This document shows, piece after piece, positions 9,044 to 19,325 of a stretch of 64,000 bases of DNA (positions are counted from its first letter, which is position 1; every line of letters starts with the position of its first letter). A program made the translations under genes and the position numbers. Under the pieces are notes generated by a model that ran no database searches, was not told where the DNA came from, and saw nothing but the letters and a program-made list of their open reading frames with translations. Source of the stretch: Thermoanaerobaculia bacterium (lineage in GTDB: Bacteria > Acidobacteriota > Thermoanaerobaculia > Multivoradales > Multivoraceae); contig OY761158.1 in assembly GCA_963664405.1 (NCBI GenBank), positions 1,344,001 to 1,408,000 on the forward strand, read 5' to 3'.

Positions 9044-9800
9044 TCACTCTCCCGGAGAAATGTTCTGGTTCATACGAAAGAGATTGTCCGGGTCCCACCT
9101 CTTTTTGACCTCGACCATTCGCGAGAAATTGGAGCCATAGGCGGCTTCGACCCGCCCTCCTTCGTCTTGGTCCAAATAGTTGACGTAGGCCCCCGTGCCG
9201 AAGGGCGCCATGGCGTCATAGAAGCGCCGTGTCCAAGCCATGTTCTGCTCGTCCTTGGCCGGGTCGGACCAGCCGGTCCAGATGCCGAAAGTGTAGGGAG
9301 CGTGGCGATAGGCAAAGGCGGTAGCGGCTGGGTCGACCCGGCCGAAAGCACCGCCCAGAGGCTCGATGCCGACGATGGTGAACTCTCCTGGAAGGTCCCG
9401 CGTGTACTCTGCGACCGTGTCCAGCACCTCGTCGGCGAGACCGTCGAGATGGTGGGCCTTCCAGTAGTAGCGCTCCCCCGCCGGCGTGCCGGCGTCGAAG
9501 CTCTGCTGCAGGGCCACATAGGGCATCGCGTCGACGACGGCGAGAACCGGATCCCCGAAGTGCAGCAGCGGCTCGAGAGCCGCCTTGCCCTCGTCCACCG
9601 GCCCGCAGTGGCAGGCCACCAGGACGATCGCTGGTTTGCCCCAATAGGCGGCGGGAAAGGGGTCGACGGGCGGCATGTGGACGATCAGAGTGTAGATCGC
9701 GAGCTCATCGGGAGCGTCCTTGCTGAATTCTCGATAGAACCTGAGCACCCCGCCCGCTGCTTCGATCGGGTGGAAGATCTGGGCAGCCGCCACTTCGGGC
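9044..9800 (-). pseudogene. 5'-truncated FAD-linked oxidase (berberine-bridge-enzyme-like C-terminal half)
   Basis: YVNY...AAYGSNFSRMVEVKKRWDPDNLFRMNQNI BBE tail is present. The FAD-binding N-half (GGGH, RGGGGNFG) is absent and the upstream ORF text is a shadow of other sequence. Confidence 0.75.
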
Positions 9801-9956
9801 TCCCTCCAGGGTTCTCGCAGCCACCTGCAATCTACCGCGCCAGGGCTCTCTGGAGAAGACCGGAAGGACAGAGAAAGATCCCGCGGGTGCAGAGTGTTAG
9901 CGTCCGCCTGACAAAGTCGCCCGCACTGGCGGGGCGAGAGGACGGGAGGGGCCGGC

Positions 9957-12900
9957 ATGAAGTTTTCCAGGTTGTTGATCGCGAATCGTGGCGAGATCGC
10001 CATTCGGGTGGCCCGTGCAGCGGCGGAGCTTGGAATCGAGCCGGTGGCCGTCTTCGCGGAAGACGATGCTGCCAGCCTTCACGTGTGCAAAGCGGCGAGG
10101 GCGGTGGCGCTCGAGGGAGTCGGGGCACCGGCGTATCTCGACATCGAGCAAATGGTGAGGGCCGCCGTCGAGCACGGCTGCGATGCGGTGCATCCCGGCT
10201 ACGGCTTCCTCAGCGAGAACGCGGCCTTCGCCACGTCCTGCAGCAAGGCAGGGTTGACCTTCATCGGGCCGCGGGTCGAGCTACTGCAGCTGTTCGGAGA
10301 CAAGGTGAGGGCGCGGGCCGCCGCTCTGGCGGCTGGAGTGCCGGTCCTGAAGGGATCGAGTGAGCCGATGACGGTGGAGCAAGCGATCGCCTTCTTCGAA
10401 GAGCTGCCCGTCGGTAGCGCCATGGTGATCAAGGCGGTCTGGGGCGGCGGTGGCCGCGGCATGCGGGTGGTGAGCGAAGCGGCGGAGGTCGCGAGTGCCT
10501 ACGAGCGCTGTAGCTCGGAGGCGCGCTCGGCCTTCGGCAACGAGGCCGTCTATGCCGAGCACTTCCTACCCCGTGCTCGCCACATCGAAGTGCAGATCGT
10601 GGCGGACAGAGACACAGTCATCCACCTCGGAGAGCGGGACTGCAGCTTGCAACGACGGCATCAGAAGATCGTCGAGATCGCGCCCTCACCCAGCCTCGAT
10701 TCGGAGCTTCGCGAGCGAATCCTCACCGCGGCGACTGACTTCGCCCGGTCGGTCGACTACGACAACCTCGGCACCTTCGAGTTCCTGGTCGACGCTGACC
10801 AGACGACTTTCGCCTTCATCGAGGCCAACGTGCGGCTGCAAGTCGAGCACACCGTCACCGAAGAGGTCACCGGAGTGGACATCGTCTCGACACAGCTCCG
10901 GCTTTCGGCCGGCTCGGGCCTCGCCGAGCTCGGCCTGACCGAATCTCCAGCTCCGCGCGGCTTCGCGATCCAGGCCCGCGTCAACATGGAGCGCATGTTG
11001 GAGAACGGCAGTGCCATTCCGACCGGAGGCACGCTCGCCGCCTTCGAGCCGCCTTCCGGGCCTGGGGTGCGCACCGACACTTTCGGCTACGCCGGCTACA
11101 CCACGAGCCCGCGTTACGACTCGCTGTTGGCGAAGGTGATCGGACACAGCCCGAGCCCGAGCTTCGAGGCCGCAGTATCCAAGACCTATCGCGCCCTCTG
11201 CGAGTTCCGCATCGAGGGAGTCGAGACCAACTTGGGATTCCTGCAGAACCTGCTCAGCCACGACAAGGTTGCCAGCGGAGATCTACACACCAGCTTCATC
11301 GACGAAGAAGCGGCGAAGCTCGTGGTTCCGCGAGAGCACGACTCCTGGTTTCACCAAGGCGCCGCCCCGGTCGAGAAAAGGCGGCTGGCCGGAGCTCAGG
11401 TCGATGCCGGTGACCCCCTTGCAGTCCTGACCTACGGCCAGGCGGCCGGCGACCAAGCCCAGCAGGAAAGCCACGAAGGCAAATCCTTCGCAGCAGCAGC
11501 CGGAAAGGGACCGAGTGGCACCAAACCCATACCCGCTCCCCTCCAGGGCACCGTGATCGCTCTCGATGTGTCCGAGGGCGATTCGGTTGTCGAGGGCCAG
11601 CAACTGCTGGTCATGGAGTCGATGAAGATGGAGCACGAGATCCGCTCCACTCTCAGTGGTCTGGTGCGTCGGCTCGGCGTTGCGGCCGGCGACACCATCC
11701 ACGAAGGCCACCCGCTGGTCTACATCGAAGAGACCGACGTTCACGGGAGCGTCGAGGCCGAGGTCGATGAGGTCGATCTCGACTTCATCCGGCCCGACCT
11801 TGCCGAAGTCGTCGGCCGCCACAACAAGACTCTGGACGCGTCCAGACCCGAGGCGGTGGCAAGGCGGCGCAAAAAGAGCCAACGCACGGCTCGCGAAAAC
11901 GTCGACGACCTCTGTGACGAAGGCACTTTTGTCGAGTACGGCTCCCTGGTCCTGGCCGCGCAACGGCGGCGGCGCACGCTGGAGGACCTCATCGCCAAGA
12001 CTCCGGCCGACGGCATGATCACCGGAATCGGATCTATCAACGGCAAAGTCTTCGACGACCCGGCGGCCCGCTGTGTAGTGATGTCCTACGACTACACGGT
12101 GCTCGCGGGCACTCAGGGCGGCCAGAACCACCGCAAGACCGACCGCATGATCACGGTGGCAGAGGAGGGCACCATGCCGCTGGTGTTGTTTGCAGAAGGT
12201 GGCGGCGGTCGACCGGGCGACACCGACTCTGTCGGAGTGAGCACCTCGAGAACCTTCTCCCGCTTCGCCCAACTCTCGGGTCTGGTCCCCATGATCGGAA
12301 TCACTTCGGGCCGCTGCTTCGCAGGCAACGCGTCGCTTCTGGGATGCTGCGACGTCGTTATCGCCACTGCCAATTCGAACATCGGAATGGGCGGGCCGGC
12401 GATGATCGAGGGAGGCGGTCTCGGCGTCTATGCGCCGGAGGACATCGGCCCGATGTCGGTCCAGGTACCCAACGGCGTGGTCGACGTGGCAGTCGCTGAC
12501 GAAGCTGAAGCCGTCGTCGTTGCGAAACAGTACCTCTCTTACTTTCAGGGCAACCTCAAACAGTGGGACTGCCCAGACCAGCGCGTAATGCGCCGCATCG
12601 TGCCAGAGAACCGTCTGCGCGTTTACGACATCCGCAGCGTCATCGACACCATCGCCGACACCGGCTCAGTGCTCGAGATCCGCCAGAGCTTCGGCATCGG
12701 CATGGTCACCTCTTTGATTCGGATCGAAGGTCGCCCGCTCGGAGTGATCGCCAACAACCCGGCTCACCTTGGAGGTGCGATCGATTCCGACGCGGCCGAT
12801 AAAGCTGCCCGCTTCATGCAGCTCTGCGACGCTTTCGACCTCCCCATCCTCTACCTCTGCGACACGCCAGGCATCATGGTCGGCCCGGAGGTCGAAAGGA

Positions 12901-13334
12901 CCGCTCTGGTGCGTCACTCGAGTCGCATGTTCGTCATCGGCGCGAATCTGACAGTCCCCTTCTTCACCATCGTCATTCGAAAATCCTACGGCCTCGGTGG
13001 CATCGCCATGATGGGCGGCTCGCACTACACGCCAACTTTCTCGATCGCCTGGCCCACCGGAGAGTTCGGAGGTATGGGTCTCGAAGGGTCGGTGAAGCTC
13101 GGCTATCGCAACGACCTGGCGGCCATCGAGGATCCCAAAGAGCGGCTGGAGCGCTTCGAGGAAATGGTGGCCGCCGCCTACGAGCACGGCAAGGCACTCA
13201 ACCAGTCGTCGCTCTTCGGCGTTGACGACGCCATCGACCCAGCTGACTCGCGCTGGTGGGTCGCGAGCCTTCTGAGCTCGATTCGCCGCGAGCCTCACAA
13301 AGGCAAGAAACGACCTGCCGTCGACGCCTGGTAG
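9957..13334 (+). CDS. Single-chain acyl-CoA carboxylase (BC-BCCP-CT)
   Basis: IANRGEIA, HPGYGFLSEN, RLQVEH; ESMKM biotinyl-Lys; CT motifs DYTVLAGTQG and GMGGP. Confidence 0.93.
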   Translation: MKFSRLLIANRGEIAIRVARAAAELGIEPVAVFAEDDAASLHVCKAARAVALEGVGAPAYLDIEQMVRAAVEHGCDAVHPGYGFLSENAAFATSCSKAGLTFIGPRVELLQLFGDKVRARAAALAAGVPVLKGSSEPMTVEQAIAFFEELPVGSAMVIKAVWGGGGRGMRVVSEAAEVASAYERCSSEARSAFGNEAVYAEHFLPRARHIEVQIVADRDTVIHLGERDCSLQRRHQKIVEIAPSPSLDSELRERILTAATDFARSVDYDNLGTFEFLVDADQTTFAFIEANVRLQVEHTVTEEVTGVDIVSTQLRLSAGSGLAELGLTESPAPRGFAIQARVNMERMLENGSAIPTGGTLAAFEPPSGPGVRTDTFGYAGYTTSPRYDSLLAKVIGHSPSPSFEAAVSKTYRALCEFRIEGVETNLGFLQNLLSHDKVASGDLHTSFIDEEAAKLVVPREHDSWFHQGAAPVEKRRLAGAQVDAGDPLAVLTYGQAAGDQAQQESHEGKSFAAAAGKGPSGTKPIPAPLQGTVIALDVSEGDSVVEGQQLLVMESMKMEHEIRSTLSGLVRRLGVAAGDTIHEGHPLVYIEETDVHGSVEAEVDEVDLDFIRPDLAEVVGRHNKTLDASRPEAVARRRKKSQRTARENVDDLCDEGTFVEYGSLVLAAQRRRRTLEDLIAKTPADGMITGIGSINGKVFDDPAARCVVMSYDYTVLAGTQGGQNHRKTDRMITVAEEGTMPLVLFAEGGGGRPGDTDSVGVSTSRTFSRFAQLSGLVPMIGITSGRCFAGNASLLGCCDVVIATANSNIGMGGPAMIEGGGLGVYAPEDIGPMSVQVPNGVVDVAVADEAEAVVVAKQYLSYFQGNLKQWDCPDQRVMRRIVPENRLRVYDIRSVIDTIADTGSVLEIRQSFGIGMVTSLIRIEGRPLGVIANNPAHLGGAIDSDAADKAARFMQLCDAFDLPILYLCDTPGIMVGPEVERTALVRHSSRMFVIGANLTVPFFTIVIRKSYGLGGIAMMGGSHYTPTFSIAWPTGEFGGMGLEGSVKLGYRNDLAAIEDPKERLERFEEMVAAAYEHGKALNQSSLFGVDDAIDPADSRWWVASLLSSIRREPHKGKKRPAVDAW

Positions 13335-13343
13335 GCTCGGAAG

Positions 13344-14990
13344 ATGCCTGAAGCGCAACAAGAGTCCGAAGGTGAGAGCGCCGACGCCGCGCGAGATTTC
13401 GACGTGGTAATCGTGGGGGCCGGGCTCGCCGGGCTCTACATGCTCTACAAGGTGCGCGAGCTCGGACTGACGGCACGGGTGTTCGAAGCCGGCGACGGCG
13501 TGGGCGGCACCTGGTACTGGAATCGATACCCGGGGGCCCGCTGCGACGTCGAGAGCATGCAGTACTCCTACCAGTTCTCGAAAGAGCTGCAGCAGGAGTG
13601 GGACTGGAGCGAGCGCTACGCCGGCCAGCCCGAGATTCTGCGCTACATCAATCACGTTGCCGACCGCTTCGATCTCCGCGACGGCCTCCAGTTCTCGACC
13701 CGAGTCGAGAGCGCGATCTTCAACGAGGAACGAGATCGGTGGCAGATCCGAACCGACGATGACGTGCAGTGGTCGTCGAGGTTCTGCGTCATGGCCACGG
13801 GGTGCTTGTCCTCGACGAATCTGCCGCCTTTCAAAGGACGTGACGACTTCGGGGGTGAGTCGTACCACACCGGGAGCTGGCCTCACGAGGGAGTCGACTT
13901 CGAGGGCAAGCGAGTCGGCGTCATCGGCACCGGCTCGACGGCGATCCAGGCGATTCCAATGATCGCCGAGCAGGCCAAAGAACTGGTGGTTTTCCAGCGC
14001 ACTCCCAACTTCTCGATTCCCGCCCGCAACGGTCAACTCGACCCCGAAGTGCGGGCCGAGATCAAAGCCGACTACGACGGCCTGCGAAAACGCGCGAGCG
14101 AGGCCGGTTTCGGGATCGATCTTCAGGCGAACGAGCTGGCCGCGATGGACGTCACCGCCGAGGAGCGCGAGCGCGAGTTCGAGCGCCGGTGGAGTATCGG
14201 TGGGTTCAGCTACCTCGGAGCCTATACCGATCTCATCCTCAACAAGGACGCAAACGACGCCGCCGCGGAGTTCGTTCGACGGAAGATCAGCGAGGTGATC
14301 GACGACCCACAGGTTGCCGAGGCCCTGAGCCCTACGACCACCCTCGGCTGCAAGCGCATGTGTCTCGACTCCGGCTACTACCAGACCTTCAACAGGGCGA
14401 ACGTGACCCTGGTCGACATCCGTGAAGAGGGAATCGACGAGATCACCCCAGACGGCATCCGGGCGAAAGGTCGCGAGTACGAGGTCGACTGCATCGTCTA
14501 CGCCACCGGCTTCGACGCCATAACCGGCGCACTGTTGGCAATCGACATTCGCGGTCGCAATGGCGCGAGCTTGAGAGAAGAATGGGCCGAGGGTCCGCGT
14601 ACCTACCTGGGGCTCGGAAGCGCCGGTTTTCCCAACCTCTTCACGATCACCGGACCGGGCAGTCCCTCGGTTCTCTCCAATATGCTGCCTTCGATCGAGC
14701 AGCACGTGAACTGGATCGCCGAGTGCATCGGCTACATGGTCGAGAACCAAAAACAGTCGATCGAGCCTACGGTCGAGGCCCAAGAGCAATGGGTCGCACA
14801 CGTCAACGAAGTGGCCGGATCGACCTTGCTGTTGGGCTGCAACTCCTGGTACCTCGGCGCCAACGTTCCCGGCAAGCCGCGCGTGTTCATGCCCTACATC
14901 GGCTTTCCGCCCTATGTGCAGAAATGCGATGAGGTCGCTGCGAACGGCTACGAGGGCTTCGCCCTGCAGCCCACCGGCACCGCATCGTAG
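13344..14990 (+). CDS. Baeyer-Villiger monooxygenase (CHMO/PAMO type)
   Basis: GAGLAG, GGTWYWNRYPGARCD, fingerprint FGGESYHTGSWP, GTGSTA, SWYLGANVPGKP. Confidence 0.95.
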   Translation: MPEAQQESEGESADAARDFDVVIVGAGLAGLYMLYKVRELGLTARVFEAGDGVGGTWYWNRYPGARCDVESMQYSYQFSKELQQEWDWSERYAGQPEILRYINHVADRFDLRDGLQFSTRVESAIFNEERDRWQIRTDDDVQWSSRFCVMATGCLSSTNLPPFKGRDDFGGESYHTGSWPHEGVDFEGKRVGVIGTGSTAIQAIPMIAEQAKELVVFQRTPNFSIPARNGQLDPEVRAEIKADYDGLRKRASEAGFGIDLQANELAAMDVTAEEREREFERRWSIGGFSYLGAYTDLILNKDANDAAAEFVRRKISEVIDDPQVAEALSPTTTLGCKRMCLDSGYYQTFNRANVTLVDIREEGIDEITPDGIRAKGREYEVDCIVYATGFDAITGALLAIDIRGRNGASLREEWAEGPRTYLGLGSAGFPNLFTITGPGSPSVLSNMLPSIEQHVNWIAECIGYMVENQKQSIEPTVEAQEQWVAHVNEVAGSTLLLGCNSWYLGANVPGKPRVFMPYIGFPPYVQKCDEVAANGYEGFALQPTGTAS

Positions 14991-15018
14991 TCCTGCTGGT
15001 AGGGCGGCTGCTCCCTAC

Positions 15019-15116
15019 CTTCCCGAAGTGAATCGGAAGCAACCCCAAGGTGCGCCGTCCTCGGCGCCAAGCAAGAGCTAGCCGTAGGAAATGATAGCGA
15101 TCATTTCCGGACGCTA
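15019..15116 (+). repeat. Family A element, copy 3
   Basis: GAATCGGAAGCAAC..GTGCGCCGTCCTCGGCGCC..GTAGGAAATGATAGCGATCATTTCC between convergent genes. Confidence 0.8.
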
Positions 15117-15839
15117 CTCGTCAATCGAGATCAGCTCGACTTCGAAGATCAAGGTGGCGTGAGGCCCGATCTGCGCCCCCGCTCCCGAAGCGCCGTAGCC
15201 CAGCTCCGAAGGCACGAAGAACTTGTACTTGGCTCCTACCGACATCAACTGCACGCCCTCGGTCCAACCGGCGATCACCTGATTGAGTGGGAACTGCACC
15301 GGCTCGCCGCGATCGATAGAGCTATCGAACTGGGTGCCGTCGATGAGCGTGCCCTTGTAATGAACCGTCACCTTGGAGGTCGCCGAAGGCTTCTCCCCCG
15401 AACCGGCCTCCATTACTTCGTACTGCAGTCCACTCGCGGTGGTGGTGACTCCGTCACGAGCGCCGTTCTCGGCCAGAAAGGCCTTTCCTTGTTCTTGATT
15501 CACGCCGCCCTGCGCCTCCTGTTGTTGTGCCATTCGAACCTTAACTTCCTGCTGTAGCTGGGTGATCGCGGCCTGCATCTCTTCGGGGCCGAGAAGGGCG
15601 TCTCCTCCTTCGAAGCCATCTGTGACTCCCTGGCGAATGAAGGTGAGATCGACACCGACACCCTGATCACGCATGGTGCGCCCGAGGTTGTAACCGATAC
15701 TGTAGGAGGCCTTCTCCTCCATCGTGGAAGGCTTCTCTTGGGCCTCTGCACTCGCTTCGCCCGGGGCGGTATCGTCCGACGAGCAAGCGAGCAAGAAGGT
15801 GGGAAGGATGGCGTACGCAATCCAGCGCCTTGCTGTCAT
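15114..15839 (-). CDS. FKBP-type peptidyl-prolyl isomerase (FkpA/Mip-like lipoprotein)
   Basis: LLAC lipobox, SYSIG, SGLQY, VHYKGTL, FDSS, VIAGWTEG. Confidence 0.95.
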   Translation of the reverse strand: MTARRWIAYAILPTFLLACSSDDTAPGEASAEAQEKPSTMEEKASYSIGYNLGRTMRDQGVGVDLTFIRQGVTDGFEGGDALLGPEEMQAAITQLQQEVKVRMAQQQEAQGGVNQEQGKAFLAENGARDGVTTTASGLQYEVMEAGSGEKPSATSKVTVHYKGTLIDGTQFDSSIDRGEPVQFPLNQVIAGWTEGVQLMSVGAKYKFFVPSELGYGASGAGAQIGPHATLIFEVELISIDE

Positions 15840-15968
15840 GATTCTTGATTCTCCTGTGGGGTTGGAAGCCGTCCGGTGGCCGGACTCGCGGCGGGAGCCG
15901 GATTCTAACACTGGCCAAGGTCGACCCTGGCGCAGGGAAGCGGGCCACCGTGACCTCGCCCAGCTGCT

Positions 15969-16598
15969 TTATCGCACCTCTATCTCACCGCGGGGCGTCG
16001 CGAGAGTGGCGATCAGAGCCGGCTCCGGAGCCGCGGCAACCGTCATCACCACATCGAGCGTCGCCAGCATCTCCCGCACCTCGACCGGCTCCGGGTGCTC
16101 GCCGCGCAAATCGAGGAGAGTGCAGCCCTTCTGAGCGGAAAGGGCTGGGCTCGGCGTCGTACCCCAGTCGATGAGGAAAGGGACGACGCCTTCACCAAGA
16201 ATCTCTCTTCGCCGCGCCAGCCGCCACTCGATGAGGCCCGATGGCGATCGACGCGACATCGGGAAGATGTGGCCGGGGTCATAGCCGGCCGCAAGCGCCG
16301 AGGCCACTCGCCCTTCCAGGTCGGGCTCGCCGATCGCCCAGGTAACCAGCCGCGGCCCAACCAGGTCGTCGATCCCGAAGGCCCGCGGGAAGTCGGGCTG
16401 CGACTGCTCGGGGTCGGGACCGATCACTTCCATATAAGCCCTGTCGCTGAGCGACAGCAGACAGTTTCGGGTTCCGAATCCAGGGTGGGAGCCGCCCGCC
16501 GATGCCCTCACTCCGAGGCGCTCCTCGAGCTCACCGACGGCCGACTCGAGATCGGGAGCAGCGAAGACCAGATGATCCAGTTGTGCGGGGGCAGTCAC
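15969..16598 (-). CDS. VOC / glyoxalase-like protein
   Basis: LDHLV, GGSHPGFGTRN, PFLIDWG. Confidence 0.88.
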   Translation of the reverse strand: MTAPAQLDHLVFAAPDLESAVGELEERLGVRASAGGSHPGFGTRNCLLSLSDRAYMEVIGPDPEQSQPDFPRAFGIDDLVGPRLVTWAIGEPDLEGRVASALAAGYDPGHIFPMSRRSPSGLIEWRLARRREILGEGVVPFLIDWGTTPSPALSAQKGCTLLDLRGEHPEPVEVREMLATLDVVMTVAAAPEPALIATLATPRGEIEVR

Positions 16599-16977
16599 TT
16601 AGCGACATGTTCCCACAAGGGAAGCCTCCTCGGAAGCCGTTACCATGGAGCGTTCTCGACCGACATCGCGCCGGTCTCGGGCGGGCCTCAGCGCCATTCC
16701 GGCAAGATGGTCTGATGATTGTTCCAGCCTTCCTGGGCTTCGCCTCCAGTGCCACGAATGCGGCGACGGCTATCCTGATCCGCGACATTTTGCCCGGGTC
16801 TGCCTACCGGATCGACAATGGGGCGGGGAGTCAGCTTCTTCTTGGCCCCCGATACGCAGGCCTTCGAGACCCGCAATGCCGCGCAACCGGCAAAGCGCCG
16901 CCGATATCGACGTAAGCAGGTGGTAACCTTCCCGCCCTCGAGTACTTCCGTTTCTTGACTCAGAGGGGCTAGACCAC

Positions 16978-17796
16978 ATGACTGCGTTCCAACAAGCCGA
17001 CGACTTCCGCGCCGAGTGCGACGCCTTGGCCAAGGTGCTCGAGCCTCTGAGGGACGAGCAATACGAGACCAAGACCCTGTTCAAAGACTGGACCCTCCAC
17101 GATGTGATCGCTCATCTGCACATCTTCAACTGGGCGGCCGACGTCTCGATTCACCAGCCGAAACAGCTCGACTCCTTCAAGGAGTTTCAGGTGGAGAGCC
17201 GGAAGAAAGGCCTCGACCTGCGCGGGCTCACCGACGAGTGGCTCGGCGAGGATCGCAACCGCGCCGTCTACCTCCGCTGGCGCGACTACTACCCGGAGAT
17301 GTGTGAGCGGCTCGACGGCGTCGATCCGAGGCAGCGCGCTGAATGGTTCGGGCCCTCGATGAGCGTTCGCAGCTCGATCACCGCCCGCCAGATGGAGACC
17401 TGGGCCCATGGGCAGGAGGTCTTCGACGTGCTCGGACTCGAGCGACTCGAAGAGGATCGCATCAAGAACATCGTCTTCCTCGGTCTCAACACCTTCGGCT
17501 GGACCTACGCCGTGCGTGAGCTCGCGGTGCCGAACCTGGTGCCCCAACTACGGCTGACCGCCCCCTCCGGGGAGATCTGGCAGTGGAACGAGACCGAGAC
17601 CACCAACAAGATCGAAGGAAGCGCCTTCGAGTTCTGCCAGGTGGTCGCGCAGACACGCAATATTGCCGACACCCGGCTTCGGGTGTCAGGCGAAGTGGCC
17701 ATCGAGTGGATGAGGATGGCTCAATGCTTCGCTGGCGCTGCCCAGGCGCCGCCGCCAGCCGGCGCTCGTCACAAAGCGGAAACCACCTCGGCCTGA
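16978..17796 (+). CDS. TIGR03084-type MDMPI/DinB-like metal-binding protein
   Basis: WTLHDVIAHL, WFGPSMS, TARQMETWAHGQ, AQCFAG. Confidence 0.85.
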   Translation: MTAFQQADDFRAECDALAKVLEPLRDEQYETKTLFKDWTLHDVIAHLHIFNWAADVSIHQPKQLDSFKEFQVESRKKGLDLRGLTDEWLGEDRNRAVYLRWRDYYPEMCERLDGVDPRQRAEWFGPSMSVRSSITARQMETWAHGQEVFDVLGLERLEEDRIKNIVFLGLNTFGWTYAVRELAVPNLVPQLRLTAPSGEIWQWNETETTNKIEGSAFEFCQVVAQTRNIADTRLRVSGEVAIEWMRMAQCFAGAAQAPPPAGARHKAETTSA

Positions 17797-19325
17797 CCGC
17801 GACCGTCGATCCGAACGGAACGACCGCAGAACTCCTCGCTACACATCGAAGCGAGAACCTGGGGGTCCTCGATGTTGGCCCAGGTTCGACGACCATCCGC
17901 CACCCGGCAGGCGAGGTGGGCAATCGACGGTTCGTCCCCCGACGAAGTGAGGTTGCTGTAGACCGAGCTGTAGGAGGTGGTAGGAGCCGCAACGGCGCCT
18001 CCGAACATGACGGTGTAGGACTCGATCTCGGCCTCGCCCGCGTAGTCCTCCACCAGCTCTCGCTTGGGCGCGCGATCGACCTCGGCCTGAAGGTTCTGAT
18101 GACGGAACTCGTGCTCGGGCTGCTCGCGGGTGTAGACGCCGAAGGAGTGTTTGGTCAACATGCCGCCGTTGGCGGTGACCAGGCCACGACCACCCGGCGT
18201 CGTGCGCAAGAGCTCGGCAGTCCTCGCAATCGCGTGCATCACCGAGTTGTTGACCGGGCCACCTCCGAAGGTCGAACCTCCGGTGACCGACAGCGGACGC
18301 TGTTGGGAAAGACCGAGCTCATTCGCCGACACTTGAACCGCGCTTGGAAAGCAGCTGTAGAGATCGACGTAGTCGAGGTCGCCGGTCTCCACTTCGGCCA
18401 GCTCCAAGGCTCGACGACCTGCAATCCGAATAGCCGGCGACGAGTGGAGGTTGTCTCGCTCGGAGACGAAGAAATGGTCGTAGGCATCCGTCCCGCTCGC
18501 CGGGAACACCATCTTGGCGGCCGCGATGCCAAGTGAGCGCGCCACCGAGAGCGAAGTGAGGATCAGCGCTGACCCCATGTCTACGCGCATATTGGCATTC
18601 ATCAGCTTCGGGTAGGGAAAGGCGATGGGGCGGTTGGAAGGAGAGAAGGTGCGAATTTCCTCGGCTGTCACCTCACGTCGGATCCAGGCGTTCGGGTTCT
18701 TCCGCGCAACAGCACTGAAGCCGGCGCACAGTTGCGAAATGCGCTCGAGATGCTCTGCCACCGACTCCCTTCTCTGATAGCGCAATGCATTCTCGAAGAT
18801 GGCGTAGTACTGAACCGGCCGCTGCATCCCACGCTCCATCTCCGCTTGGTGCCGAGTCCACTCCGCCGTTCCGTATTCGACATCGGGCGCGGGCGTCGGA
18901 TCGTCGTCCCTCCCTTCCAACCACTCGGGATCCAACCCCGCACGCTGTGCCTTCCCCAGCGTACGGCCGCACTCGGCGCCGCACAGAATCACCAGATCGC
19001 GCTTACCCGATTGAACGTCGAGTGCGGACTGGTTGAGCACCATCTGCACATGATTGCCCCCAATCTCGGAAAGCCCGGTCTCGACGCGACCGCAACTGAG
19101 CCTCTCAGCGATAGCAAGCGCGGGGTTCTTGTACCCCCAGATGCCCTTGATGACTCGAATCGAGCTCGCCTTATCGAGGACTCCACCGACGCCGGTGTCC
19201 TCGGCGGCCTGTCGCACCGCATCGATCATCAACTCGAGTGGCTCCTTGGCCTCTCTGAAATCCTCGACCCGTTGCAGCACCTGCGAGATGCCAACCAGAA
19301 CCGGAGTGCTATCTCTCATCGTCAC
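17769..19325 (-). CDS. Thiolase-like acetyl-CoA acetyltransferase
   Basis: PVLVG, YPKLMNAN, DLYSCFPSAV, TGGSTFGGGP, TANGGMLTKH. Confidence 0.88.
   Translation of the reverse strand: MTMRDSTPVLVGISQVLQRVEDFREAKEPLELMIDAVRQAAEDTGVGGVLDKASSIRVIKGIWGYKNPALAIAERLSCGRVETGLSEIGGNHVQMVLNQSALDVQSGKRDLVILCGAECGRTLGKAQRAGLDPEWLEGRDDDPTPAPDVEYGTAEWTRHQAEMERGMQRPVQYYAIFENALRYQRRESVAEHLERISQLCAGFSAVARKNPNAWIRREVTAEEIRTFSPSNRPIAFPYPKLMNANMRVDMGSALILTSLSVARSLGIAAAKMVFPASGTDAYDHFFVSERDNLHSSPAIRIAGRRALELAEVETGDLDYVDLYSCFPSAVQVSANELGLSQQRPLSVTGGSTFGGGPVNNSVMHAIARTAELLRTTPGGRGLVTANGGMLTKHSFGVYTREQPEHEFRHQNLQAEVDRAPKRELVEDYAGEAEIESYTVMFGGAVAAPTTSYSSVYSNLTSSGDEPSIAHLACRVADGRRTWANIEDPQVLASMCSEEFCGRSVRIDGRGQAEVVSAL

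Noticed and set aside
9846-9873. CTCTGGAGA...AAGGACAGAG resembling glycine riboswitch ends
   Set aside because: Too short; the internal aptamer stems and the CUCUCAGG motif are missing.
12666-14801. 711-aa minus-strand ORF and similar long antisense ORFs (e.g. 9167-10363, 24952-25992)
   Set aside because: Shadows of well-supported genes on the other strand or frame in GC-rich DNA; no recognisable motifs.
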